Shown: positions 35,731 to 49,371 of the stretch, piece after piece
How positions within the stretch are numbered: the stretch's first letter is position 1
Layout: each line of letters begins with the position of its first letter
Assembly (NCBI GenBank): GCA_964016885.1
Contig: OZ024747.1
Span: forward strand, 34,162,001 to 34,226,000
From: Eledone cirrhosa
Taxonomy: Eukaryota
DNA length: 64,000 nucleotides
Reading direction: 5' to 3'
Position numbers and translations under genes: made by a program
Notes under the pieces: model-generated
What the model was told of the DNA's origin: nothing
The model's input: only the letters and a program-made list of their open reading frames with translations
Databases searched by the model: none

Positions 35731-36679
35731 AGGCATTATTTTAATTTTTAAAGATTTATACTTCCTTTTAGACTTCAGATATTTTTTGAAAGCTAAGCAT
35801 TGGCCCCTAAAATACAACGGGGGGCTCTGCAATGCTACCGTGGGCCCTCTGGGGCAACCTGGTAACCTGGCCAGTCCGCGACTGTACATGTATAAAGCCG
35901 GCCATTTATCGCTCGTATACAGGAAATTGACTGGCCAGTCTGCTGATATGCAAATCTGGCTGATCAGTGGATCTGCTGATATGCAGATCTGACTGATCAG
36001 ACAGTGTGCTAATATGCAAATCAGGCCGATCTGTCACTGTGTATTTTTGAAAATAGCATATATTTTCACTAGCTCTGACAGTTTGGCAGCTGAACAGTGA
36101 GCTGTGCTGATGAAGGGTGATACCTAGAAACATTAGTGTCTACAGTTCTGTTCGCATGCCAACATCAGAGCAAGAATGGAGTGTTCATTCTACTGACAAG
36201 GCTATACAATTGAGGCTTGTTTGCATAATTGCAAACGGATAGAATGTCATTATTAATATTCGAAAAACTCAAATTACATTTATTGTATTCAGCCAAATAG
36301 AGCGAACTTTTCTTTTTTATATATATATGGCTTCTACATGACTAGAATTGTTTCATTCTGGAGAAATCATCAGGATGTCGACTGTCCAAGTAATATGGTG
36401 GTATTTATATATTTTCTGGTGGTAGGAGAGGGTGGTGATTGGATGGGTGTAGGTCATGACGGAAAATGCCACAATGAGTATAAATATTTACATATATCAC
36501 ATATGAGGGCACGTAAATATACTAAAGAAAATGAATCCCTATGAAAATTGAGAAAATGATAGACGTTTTTAATCTATTTTCGGGTTATTCAACCCTGATC
36601 AAAAGACGTGTATATCACCCAATCGACCACAAGAAAATATTTATTTGATTTGTATATCAACTCATTCGTACATAGTACT

Positions 36680-37400
36680 TCTTTCCTTTTCTTTTTCTTT
36701 TCTTCTTCTCTTAATCTCTTCTTATCACTTCCTTCCACTCCCTGTCGTCTTGCTTTTCCCTTTTCCTCTTTCGCGTACCCCAAGGCAGCCCATCGAGCTT
36801 TCATAGCCTCAGTACCCCAACCCCATTAAAACTATATATAGCAATGGCCGAAAACGCAATACCAGCTAAAAATTTAGCAACTGTTTTAAACTCTAGAGAT
36901 TTTTTAATTATTTTTACTATTTAATTTTATTATTTAAAATCTTTTTATTCATCTTTTAATCTCAACTTATTAACCTTTAATTCTATAACGTCCCCCTCTC
37001 AGTATCTTTTTTCGCCTGCTTTCTCACTAGCCTAATTTCCTACACACTCCTTATAATTTGCTGTATAGAATTCACTTTCAACGCTTGACAGGCTCCACCT
37101 ACCCCCTCATTATTCTACAGACAAGTTCAGCCACCACGCCCAACCCTACCCACTGCAATGAAAGATTTAATTGTGTTTACAAGAAATGTTAACCAGTCCT
37201 TTTGACAATCTTCCCGTATAAGGAATTACGGTGTGAAAATTTCAGCTATTTATTACCACGCTAAAAATTCTAATTTAGTCCAGAAATAGCCTTCGAAACG
37301 GCTTGAGCACTGTCGTCGAGGTTAACATTTTTCCTATTACCCACTCTACTACCCTAAGTATTGAGTACTCTGGTGCGTTATGGTCCATCTGGTTCCTTCG

Positions 37401-37402
<2 letters not shown>
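36680..37402 (+). mobile_element. Older solo pLTR of the Hydra-type PLE family
   Basis: Aligns with 51230-51500 and 59800-60053; hammerhead remnant TAGCCTTCGAAACGGCTTGAGCACTGTCGTC at about 37290-37317. Confidence 0.75.
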
Positions 37403-37457
<55 letters not shown>

Positions 37458-37859
37458 TAAGCAAGCAGACCAATCAAAGTCGAGAGGAAAATGATTAGTT
37501 ATGAAAATTTTAAGCCAGTAGAGATATGGTTAGTCTGCTCGAGGCGTATAGTTTGCATGACATGCGAAAAAATTGAATAATTCGTAGAAAATATGTCAAA
37601 ATGATTATATGAGGAGCTAGTAAGATGTATTAAATGTAAGAGAAAACAACAAAAATTGTTGAATACGTATATTTACTGGCTGACATCTTGTTTTGGAAAC
37701 TGGATGATTAATTTGTACATGGAGTAAATTATTACTGATCCGAAAATCGATAAATGTACAGTGAAAATTAATACTAGATTTAGCGCACTCATCAGACCAA
37801 AAATAAAGATATAGACATATCTTCTACGAATTACTCACTTTTCTAATTACACATAATTA

Positions 37860-39180
37860 TTATGCATAATTCTTCATCCTACTTTAGACTTTATACAGAA
37901 TTATACCGGCATTATCATAAACTCGGTGAGATCCTAACTTATATTAATTGTCCCTCAGCCCCCCCCCCCTCATCTGTTCTTAAATCCACTGTAAAGTCTA
38001 TTTCACACAGAATCTCTAGGCTATCCGCAAATGAGAATATATTTAATGTTATTTCTTTATGCTATAACAAAGCTATTTCTAAATCAGGCCATACGGATAA
38101 AATGTACTACTTACCTTCTGTTATATCCACCCAACAATTAAGTAATAATAATGTAATCACACAGAATAGTATCCATAGTAAGAATAGATTTAAAAGCGCT
38201 AATATAAAAAGGTGTACTCCTGGTAATGACCCGCTACCTACTCCTAGCAATACATTTAGAATTAGCTCTAATAGAAAACCTAACCAGTTGCTTTCCTTTA
38301 ACACTAAATATTCATCCGTAGCTACCCTTGAAAATTTAAAGAATAATTAAAACTCACTTATAAACCCATCTATTATTCCTAGTAGCACGCGCTGTAAGAG
38401 ATCTCCTAGTGTATCCTGGCCAAATCCTCCCTTCTCGGGTAATGTAGCTTCTAACCTTCTTAGAATGTTCTTCACCATCCTGCGTAATAACTTTCCTCCT
38501 GACCACAAATACTATAAACTTTTTAACAAAAATGACGTTAAGATTTCTTTCTCTAGCACCCTTAACTTTGCCAATTATATCACCTTTAGTAACCATAAGA
38601 AATTAAATGACCATAGAGCATCCCTTTCTGATGATATACTTCTACCTAATAACTATCTACATATAAATAATTCTAACTATAATTCTACTCCTGTTAAACC
38701 CCTTATGTCCTCGCCTGTATCCTCTAGTCCTGCACCTTCACCTACACTATCTACTAATGTTAACCGTAAATGTAATTGCAGAAAATCTGACAACTGCCCT
38801 CTGAATAAGAATTGCCTTACTAATAACATAATGTATAGATGCACTGTTCAGACTTCTAATGACACTAAAACTTACATTGGAGCTACTGCTAACTCTTTCA
38901 AGACTCATTTTAATTCTCATACAAATTCATTTAGGAATAGTAGCTTCTACTTCACTGGCTAGACATGTAAATGCACTTAAACTCTCCACTATTGAATACT
39001 CTCTTGTTTGGGGTGTTTTAGCCATATCCTCCCCATACAAAGGACATAAGGACCATTGCGATCTTTGTCTGAACCTTATTTCATAACCTTATATAAACTC
39101 CACCCAATTAATGACTGCAGTGAGATAGTTATTAATTGCTATCACTGTTTGAAATACTTATTCGCTAATAGATATCATCT
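37860..39180 (+). pseudogene. Decayed Hydra-type PLE: RT thumb plus CxC linker plus GIY-YIG
   Basis: SISHRISRLSANENIF; NPPFS; NFPPDHKYYKLFNKNDVKISFS; KCNCRKSDNCPLNKNCL; KTYIGATANSFK; CDLCL. Confidence 0.88.
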
Positions 39181-40974
39181 CCCATCTTATATTAATATCA
39201 TTTCTTATTAACTCCACTTTACATCTATCTCCTTTAATGTTGACCCTTTATCTCACAACCCTTCTATAGTTAATGGCGCTATAATCTTTTCGTTTTTAAC
39301 ATACCCCATTTTTTAAATATATTACTATTTGCACATAACTTTCAACCCATTTAATTTAATTTTCTTTAATTTTTTCAATCGTGCTTAGTACAATTCAAAT
39401 ATTCCCCAACATGATTTTCTTATGTTTTTAAAGTGATTTCTCACCGATTTGACCTTCATACGTCCAGTAATAATCAAATATATTTCTTGGATCATTTATT
39501 TCTAATATATATATATTTTTAATTTATTACCCCTTCTAACTCCTAACCTTATTATCAATTTTCAAAACAAAAATTTAGATAACATTACTGTTTATCTATC
39601 TCCCGTGTTTACTAATTATTTTCCTTAGGACATCTTACCTATGATCTTATCTAACCACCAACATTATTGACATCTTAACGGTTTTTGCCACATGCACCTT
39701 TTTAAAATGTAGACAATGTCTATCCAAGTATCGCTTCTATTGTAGGATCCTCTTTTCGGTGATATGTATATATATATATTGAATGAACATGTTTATATTT
39801 TAATGTTGGGCTCTGTACGAAATCTGCTGTATACAGGGTTCTGTCGGGTTAAAAAGAATACTCTACAAATGCCATATGTCAATACGACGCCCCTCTGAAT
39901 CCATGCATACATATATAGACAAAGCCATTCCAGACGTAGCCATTCTTTATTTTTCATATGCAGAACAATTTCCAGCACCGTTCGTTTTATTTAAGTAATA
40001 AAATGGTAAGATGTTATTTAAGAGAGATTAGGCTGCTATTTCTATATCAAGTAACTAAGCAGAGGCTCCTTTGAGGGCTCCCCCTCTACGTTAGTTGCTG
40101 CATATTTTGTTTAGACCAAAGACAATTAGCCGTTTCTTTTTCTTTTTAGATATGGTTAATCAATGATTTTATTATCTCAGTGTGATACACAAATTCGACA
40201 ATTGGGTATATTTTGGAGGTCATTTGGCTGCTGTTCCTTAGAGGCCAAAGAATCAGGTTACCTGGTATTCAATAATTCGAATTGGTCACGTGGATTACAC
40301 AAAGATTACAGGTTTTTTCCCCGCATATAACGAACATTAGTTTGTATTAACGACTGGTTACTGGGAAAATCTACATGCTGAATCATATGTAACCAGAGAG
40401 TCAATGCATTTTTATTGCAAGATTCACAGATAACTATTTGAACATTCATTTATTTGTGAGAGCTCAATAATCATTTACTGCCAAGCTTTACAAAATGACC
40501 ACATGCTCGCGAAATGTGGTTTCAGCCAAACAGTGGTGTGGGTGGTCGTCGAATTTTTCTTTTTCTTAATGCAGGTTGGATTCTTCGCTATCGCGTTCCA
40601 TATGAAATTAATGCATTCATAGAATAGATGTGCGGGAGTCCAAATCTTCCTGTAATTCCATTTTGGAATCTTTTTGACTGATCCCAACACTAACCTGACC
40701 ATAGTACACGAATTACTGGGTTGATTTTCTCGTGACACCAGTTCAAGATTAAACAATCTTCACTAACCGATCATAGTTAATAATATTATTTTTGTATAAG
40801 TAGCTAATAGTTTGGTAATTGCACTGGATTTTCTATACGAAAGTCGTATCTTGGTAAATCGTTCTCATTTTCCCGTTAGGGTAGAATATATGAGTAATTG
40901 CTCATGTATTGATATAATGTAAGCAATATCTTGATACTTGCCAGTGTCTTGTTATGATGAAGCTTAATCATGGT

Positions 40975-41130
40975 AAGATACGTAGCTTAGTTGTTAGAGA
41001 GTTGGATTCGCAATCGTGAGTTTGCTAGTTCGACTCCCGGATCGGGCGATGCTTTATGACCATGGGGAAAACATTTATTTCACGTCGATTATACTGCATG
41101 GTTTTGCGACCGCTAGATTGCACCAGCAAT
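40975..41130 (+). mobile_element. Decayed CORE-type SINE
   Basis: TAGCTTAGTTGTTAGAG...TAGTTCGACTCCCGGATCGGGCGATGC. Confidence 0.6.
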
Positions 41131-41349
41131 GGAAGGACCAATGGAAACATTGTCTCCTTGCTTCAATTTGTCCCCCTCCCCCCCCACACACACACTTAGT
41201 GCACCGAAGCAGAATCTTGATAATTGCCCAGGTTTTTGTAATCATGTAATACGGTTTCACTTATTAGAACAAAAGTAATTTCTTCTTAATTACCTTTGTT
41301 TTATTAAAAGCAAGAAATATCGTAAGACATGGGATTATTTCAAGGTAAA

Positions 41350-41620
41350 AATCGTCATCATAATCACCAAATTCCTCTTGCGATCTCGACCGAAATAGAC
41401 TCAACGATAGATCTCCACGTTAGGCTGTCGCTCATAGCAGTAACTAGACCCTGAATGCCAAAACCACCATCCTTGGCTATGGTATCTGGATATGAAAGCT
41501 TGCTGCATCCCCTTCGTTTTGAGGCAGGTGCAGGTTTCTGAAACACGAAAGAAGACATAACTTCATTCGAGGCCCGATGACAAAAGCCAGTAAACCTCAC
41601 CCCACGTCTACGTACAAATA
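41350..41620 (-). mobile_element. RTE-clade LINE 3' tip
   Basis: RRGCSKLSYPDTIAKD...LVTAMSDSLTWRSIV followed by a TGA-type repeat tail. Confidence 0.65.
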
Positions 41621-42976
41621 AGTTCTTTCATTGTTTTTTCAAACCCAATGCAAATGTATTGCTGTATCCCATGATTGGAAGCTGTTGTCTTAAATGCTTC
41701 AGTTATTAGTTAATAGTTGCAAGAAATAAGTCAACAGATTTCTGGTGGTGTACCTCAGTATTCTGCATATATAACTTATAATTCGGTTGACTAGTTTCAT
41801 ATCTTACTTTTCAGCAAAATCATTTACTGATGTATGGAGGTTGTAGTATCAGTGGGTTGGAACTTTCAAATCAGGTCGTAAACTTTGCTTGAAGGCAGAT
41901 TGACTTCTCACGTTTTCACAAATGCAAATTGGAAAGAAATAATATCTAAATGTGGAAAATAAGCTTAAAAAGAAAACAAATTAAATTTAACATTATTATG
42001 AACAGAGGCTATCAGAAGAATCTAAACATAATTTGCCACTGTCTGTAATAGAAAAGAGAAATTAAATTCTCATTGATATAGAATCATGGGAAAGTTTTGG
42101 TTTCCTTTATTACTTTATTTTTTCCTTGAACTTACACATAATTTGAGGAGAGCCAGGCATGTGATAAGACTTTATACCAATATAACAATTTCCAACTTTT
42201 AATAACCTCCTTTATGTATACAACTTTTCATAAATCATAATCTACTTTCAGGGTTTCAACATCTTTATATAGTCTATTACAATTTATATGGCTTCCCTGA
42301 TTCTAATTTTAACATCTCAGTGATTCTATCCGACCTACAATTATTTTTACAAGAAATCAATACAACATTTTGGTGTCTCAAATCAAATCTCAACCTATTT
42401 GTTATGTACTATCTATTATGACTTCCCTTTACATTTTTAGTTCAGTTTATTCTGCAATGTTAGCCATTTATATATAGCATTATATACAATATATTTGACG
42501 TCAGTGCCGTTTAACCATGGTTTAGTTCACGGTATATGTCTATAAATTTCAGATGGAAATAAAAGTAAAGATAATGATAATAGTGATATTTAATATATGC
42601 CTATGTAGAGATATTGTTTAGTCTAAGAGAACTGACGACCAGTTTGGGTTTTGCCCTGGACGTTGACACAATATTCTATCTGGGGCAGTTCTTCGAAAAC
42701 TCGGGAGAGAATTGTCAAGAGCGTGGAGATCCTCTGGCACAAAAATAGCAACATACAAAGAAGACGAAGGCATAGAATCTGATGCTGAAAAGTTCATAAG
42801 CTGACCAAGATACTCTCATGTAACGACGAACTGAGGTTTATGTTTCCACATAGTCTCTAGAAAGAAACAATGTCATTATTAATAGAACAGTTGAAATTAA
42901 TGCATACAACAGTTCACAGCTGTAGCATCAATCCTTCATAGTCAGCATATAAACTGTTCAGCCGAGCTACGTATAT

Positions 42977-43068
<92 letters not shown>

Positions 43069-43329
43069 CCGATTAGGAAGAGAAATTTTTTTTTTCCCGT
43101 TATTTTTTTCCGTGGCTAGAAAATGTTTAAAACAAATTATTTTACTTTCTGTGAAGTGTCAAAACATTAATTTATTTATCTATTTATTAACAATTACCGG
43201 TTTTAGCATTTTATGCATTTTCAAATTATGTGAGTGGGAGAGAAAAAAAGGAATTTGTGTTTGTACAAAATGTAGAACAGAAATTAAGGTGATGTTAAAC
43301 ATGTTAGAGGAAGTAATGGAGGTAATAGG

Positions 43330-45815
43330 AAAGAGGAAATAATATTATTTACAAACATGGATTGATGGAAAACGTTCCTTCTTTGAGGAGACAAATGGCC
43401 GTCCGGGACTGGATGTGTTTTCCCTTTTTAGAGAATTAATATGTAGGGGAGGTAATTCACAGTGTGAGGTTAGGGTAGGAGAAAGAGAGGAGAGGGAGTA
43501 ATTCATTTATTTAAGAAATAGGAATAGGCAGGGTGTGAGGGAGGTAACTCCTTAGAGAACACAGAAATTTGAGATATGGGTAACGTAGAAATAGAAGTAA
43601 AATAGGTTGACACTAGTGTTCACTGTTCATTCTAGTTTTAGTTTAGTCCGAAGTTTAGTCCATTTAGAAGGGGTTGGAATTTTTTAATGAAGTACGTTTC
43701 CTTATTAGTGCGTTGGATGAAAGAAGCGTTGTCTATGACATTGTAGAGGGGGAAAATTATAACGTTTGGTAGTTGGTCAGGTGCAGAGTTGGCGATATGT
43801 TCACTAAGAGCAATCTTTCTGTATTCCTGTATTTTGATTTGTGATCTATGGACGGTCATACGTTGTCGGAGGCTATTTTTTATCTGTCCTATGTAGTTCT
43901 CAGACAACCTGAGCAGGTCAAAACATAGATTAGGTTTTCAGATGCACATATAAAGTATTTAACTGTGAAATGTTGTCCTTGTTTAAAGTGGAATGTTGAA
44001 CCTTCTATTAGATGTATGCATATACCACCGTTGAGTCTTCTGCATATTTTTTTACTGTATGGTTCTTTGTGAGGGCTGGCTGGATTTGGGCTTGTGTGAG
44101 GATGTTTTTATGGTTTTAGGTTTTCTTTTGATCTTTATGATGTTGTGTGTTTGGAGCATTTTATTCATTCTTGGGTCTTTATTTAGTAAAGGATCGTGTC
44201 GAATGCCTCATTGTTGTGTGTGGAGATGTATGGTAGAGTTTTCTGTTTCGGTCCATCCTTGGTTTGAGGTGTCTAAGTTCCTGGATATTGAGTTTTAGGG
44301 CACGTTGGAATCCATTGTTGATTAGGGAAGGTGGGTAATTTCTGCTGATAAGAGTGTTATTAAACTCTTCTAATCGTGTGTAGCATGTGTATTTATCAGA
44401 AACTATTGTGCAGATCCTTTTGGCTAGGTTATAAGGAATTTTCATTTTGGTATGGCGAGGGTGGAACGAGTTAAAGGGAAGATATTGGTTGGAGACTGTG
44501 TGTTTATAGTATATGTCTGTTTCTATTTTGTTGTTTGTTTTCTTGATGAGGATGTCAAGGAAAGGGAGTTGTTCGTGGCAGTATTCCATTGTAAATTGAA
44601 TGTTTGTGTTGAGTCTATTTAGAACGGTTTTAAACTCAATAAGTCTTTCTATACTTCCATGCCAGAGGATGAAGCAGTCTTCCAAATATCTCTTCCAGGT
44701 TTTTCTATGTGGATGTAGAAGGGTTTTCCATATTTGTCTAGAAATTTTCGGTAGAGAGTGGTTTCCAAATATCCCATGAAAAGGTTGGCGTATGACGGTG
44801 TTACTTTCGTGCCAATGGCAGTCACACATTTCTGTCTGTAGTATTGGGCATCGAATTCGAAGTAGTTATTCTCCAAGATGAATTTGAGGCCATCCATCAC
44901 AAATCCTTTAAAGATGCGCCGTGGAAGTTCATTAGGGTAATTTTCAACCCATAATTGGATTGCCTTTATACCTAGGTTGTGTGGGATATTGGAATAAAGA
45001 TTGATTACATCAAAGGGTACTAGTAGGGTATGTTCATTATTAAGTGTTATTAGCAGGTGGTTGAGCATATCTAGGTCGTCCATATGTAGCTTTTAATGTG
45101 TTCAGGAATGGTTTAAGCAGTATATCTAGGAAGTTGCTTAGGCGGTGAGTTTCAGAAGTGGTACCTGCTATTATGGATCTTAATTTGAAGTCATTAGGAG
45201 GGGGGGACATTGATGAAAATGTCTGTGGCTACTTTGCAGGCCTTGTTCGCTTCTTCGCTTTTGTGTATCTTTGGGATACCGTAGAAAAGACTGGGTCTGC
45301 TTTTGAAGTTAGTGATATAGTTGTACTCCTTGTCGGTAATACCTTCTTAGTAACGGGTATTTAGCGATTTTAGGTTTCTCATTATTTCTGTTGGCTGTAG
45401 TGTTGAGCCTTTTCGTAGTATGCTTCGTTTTCTAGAGTTGAGAGTACTATGGTTGTGTAGTATTCTGTCTTCATAAGGACTACTGCACGCCTCTTTGGTA
45501 GTGTAGTATTCTGTCTTCATAAGGACTTACTGCACGCCTCTTTCATTGTTAGGGTTTTTGTCGTTCTTTAAACTGTTAAGACCATTCCATTCTTTTTTGT
45601 TGAGGTTTGGTTTGTGTTTATGTCTGTGTAGGTGATGGTATGGGTAATTAGTAATGTGTTTGTAGAATTAACCGAGGAATTTGTTCTTACCTTTTGGTGG
45701 GGTATAGTTGCTTCTATTTCTGGCTATAGTCGTCCTCATTGTATTTGTCGTGTAGTTGCTCGCTAAGTCTTAGTTTTCTACAGAATTCTGCAATATCTTC
45801 CTCCATTTCAGGTTA
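43330..45815 (-). mobile_element. Decayed Neptune-type PLE (RT plus GIY-YIG)
   Basis: FDVINLYSNIPH, AIGTKVTPSYANLFMG, WKRYLEDCF (decayed YxDD), LPFLDI, HPRHTK, ENYIGQ..LRQRMTVHRSQI, FQPLLN. Confidence 0.92.
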
Positions 45816-46499
45816 TTTTGGGCGATATATACTATAATAAAGGGAGGAGTGCAGGACAGCGTCCGATTTATATCTTTTAATCCAGTTAGTAAAATAAGTT
45901 GGATTACTTTGAATACATAATGAATGAATATTACATAATTTATGGACTAAATTTCGTAACTCTTGATTACATTTTTATAATTTAATTGCTTATTTAAAAT
46001 TAACTTCTTTTAAATGTTTCAAATTTCTAAACTGTCCGCATATCACCGCCACCACCACCACCATTTCAACTACCATATATATAGAAAGAGAGTGTGTGTG
46101 ATAAGATTGATACATATAGATAGATAGAGTAATTATGTGACAGATATATACATATATATATATACAAAGAGAGAGAGAGAGAGAGAGAGTGAGAGAGAGA
46201 GACAGAGAGAGTGAAAGAGATAGATGAAGAGATTAGGATTTTTTCAACACGCTGACGCGTATGTATGCATATATACATATAATTATATAATATAATCGCG
46301 CAAACACAGACAAACTTACAAAAATACACGCTCACGGACATACATTCACACAAATACACATACTTTCACACAAACATATACATGCATTCACACATATACA
46401 TTTCCAAAAACACACATTCGCACATATACATTTACACAAACACACACATACAGTCATGATAGCAACGTTCGATGAATTGGAAATGTGAGGTTAAAACAA

Positions 46500-48130
46500 G
46501 TATGACGTTTTATGTATTTATTACCAACACAGTTTTATTTAAACTCATATGTATTACTCTTCAGAAATGATAGGAAATTAGATAAAGAGGTTGCATGCTT
46601 AAGCTTAGAGTTCTTGAAAGTATGAAGATGGGGATTATACCTCGTCTTAAACCTTTTCGGTGTGGAACCGATATAGGTTTTGGTGTTGGTAGAAGTTGTG
46701 ACAATGCAGGAATAAATAATATTCTTAACAAGACAATTTCTATTAAGAGGGCATACATTATTAAGACTACAATTGCAATTATAATTATTGATTAAGCAGT
46801 TTTGTGGGTAAAGAGTTATTAGATTTAGATATATGAGGGCTAGACTTGCCATTATTATTCCAATATGTCCAAGAAATTAATGTGTTATGAGAGTGGTTAC
46901 TAACATTATTAGGTACAATATTGTTAAGCAGATCAACTGGTTGTGAATTGTTATTTAAGTTATAACAAGAAACATATTTACTAACATTCTTATTATTACA
47001 ACTTGCTATGTGATTAACAATGTTATGTGTGGTAGAGTAAGAGATTTTAATGGTATTTTTATTAATTAAATTATGGTACTTGTGATCAAGTGGGAAATTA
47101 TTTTCAGTAATAGAGAAGAACACTCTAGGTATATTAGTAGAAACATTTAAGTTGAAAGGTGGATTAAAATATGAATTAAGCTTTCTTCTATTCTTTTTAT
47201 TTTTGTTACTGATAAGTGCATCCTTATGATTATTACCTCCAATACTATGTTTAGTATTACAGAAGTTAGGTTTAATGAATAGACAATGCTTTTTATTCCC
47301 AACATTTTCTTGTCTTTAAGATATTTTTACTAGTACCGGGAGGAACTGTAGAGGGGCGTATATCATTATTTAAACTACTACTTTATTAGTTTGAATATTA
47401 GTAGTGTTTTTCTCATAGTCATATTATATGAAATAATTGTTTCTACTTTTTGGCACAAAGCCAGCAATTACCCCAGTGCATTACTGGTACTTTATTTTAT
47501 CGACCCCGTAAGGATGAAAGGCAAAGTTAACCTCGGCGGGATTTGAACTCAGAATGGCAAGGGCCATATTATATTAAATAATATTATGTTGTTTGTTACA
47601 GTCGGTAAAATAGTTTTTAGGCATAAAGCGAATTTTATTTCTAAAGCCAGAACGTGATAAAGATTCATTACGATAATGAGAATGTTGGTTAAAGATATCT
47701 TCATTATAAAATAAATTACTAATTCTATTAAATACACTTTTAATAATTGTGTTTAAGACATGTTGGTTAGAAATGGTATAAACATAAAAAGGTTTTTCAT
47801 TAGGTTTATGGTAAGGTGTAAAGGTTTTAGAATCCAAGCATACGATAACATCAAGGAAATTAACAGTTTTGGTGTTATAATACGTAGGTTAAAACTTTTC
47901 AAGAATTGATTTAATTCCTCCTTAGTTCTTTCAATTTTATATTTTTTATAATCTAAAATAAATAAGGCGTCATCGCGATATAATCCACCCTTCAGGTAAG
48001 AACATGTATTATGAATTTTATTTAAAAGGTACAATCCAACCAAATCTGTGACCTGTGCAGATTCACTAGACCCCATAGTGATATAAACATAATTAGATGT
48101 ATTCTTACAAGTCCATAATTGATCTTCAAA
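46500..48130 (-). mobile_element. Decayed Hydra-type PLE interrupted by a Meta SINE
   Basis: TMGSSESAQVTDLVGLY..GGLYRDDAL; PYHKPNE; FNPPFN; CNCSLNNVCPLNRNCL; KTYIGST. Confidence 0.88.
47432..47566 (-). mobile_element. 5'-truncated Meta-domain SINE nested in a PLE
   Basis: Reverse complement of the family 3' half, from the B box to the tail. Confidence 0.82.
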
Positions 48131-48897
48131 TTTGATATATATGCATGTATATATAAATATATGTGGATGTATATATATGTAAACACACACAGATATGTAT
48201 ATATCCAAATAAAGTAATGTTGGTCCAGTGAATAGTTCAAGGAATTACATATTCATAAGGTGGAGATTTCACAGCTCTATCGTCAATCCTTTATAGTCAT
48301 TGATTCAACGTGGGGTATGAAAATAATGCATTGACGTAATCACATAAATGTATTTATTAAAATTATATTCTGCTTTTTAAAAAATTTACATATTGCAATT
48401 AAGATGTTATGTGCTTTTTTGATGTGAATATTACGATGTAGATTTTCAATAGACCTACCAGAAGGCTATAGATATATATAACATTTTAAACGATAACCTG
48501 ATCAATAAATATAGAAATGTTTAATTAATATAAATATATATATATTTATTTCGACCATTCAGAAATAAACTAATAAATTAATAATTGATTATGAAAAAGG
48601 AAAACCAATCAATACATACATTAATATAGACAAATAGTTATTTAGATAATCGTTTCAAAACACAAAAGAAAATATTCACCAAACAATTTCCTGAGAAAAA
48701 TACAGAAGATTGAATTCAAATAAAATTTCTTTTTAACGACAAATTAAATAAACAATATTTTGCAATGTAAAAAACATTGGTCAATATACTGCAGTATATC
48801 ATACATAGATTCATAAAGTGTTGTTGATACACACACACACACATATATATATATATATGTAATCAATGAATTTACCAAATTTGCATATTTAATGATG

Positions 48898-48975
<78 letters not shown>

Positions 48976-49093
48976 AGAAGGGAAGAGAGGTTCTATACAA
49001 AAGAGTGGTTATAGAGAATATTGTGTGAGTATAAAATAACGCACATGGCATCAATCTTCGGAGATACTTCGGAGTGAAGGGATTACTAATTCT

Positions 49094-49169
49094 ACAGCCA
49101 CTGATGAGCAAAGAATTGGTAATTTCCTTCGCTAAAATTGCGAAACAGCCACTAAAGCTATCTGGGTGT
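49094..49169 (+). ncRNA. Type I hammerhead, slightly decayed, in a pLTR-like fragment
   Basis: ACAGCCA CTGATGA GCAA...TTGC GAAA CAGC-CACTAAA-GCTA TC TGGGTGT; one mismatch each in stems I and III. Confidence 0.7.
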
Positions 49170-49371
49170 TACGGCAGATGACCTACATTGGTTTGTTTTT
49201 TACTTTTTCTTGATTTATTATTTCAAATTGAGTCTGGCAAACCATATAGTTAATAGTCAGTTTATTGTTCAGCCTAGCGAACTTGGTCCCTTACGATATG
49301 AACACATGTATGTTTATATCTGTGTTTATCTCTCTTTTATATTCAATTATAAATATATATATAGGAAAAAA

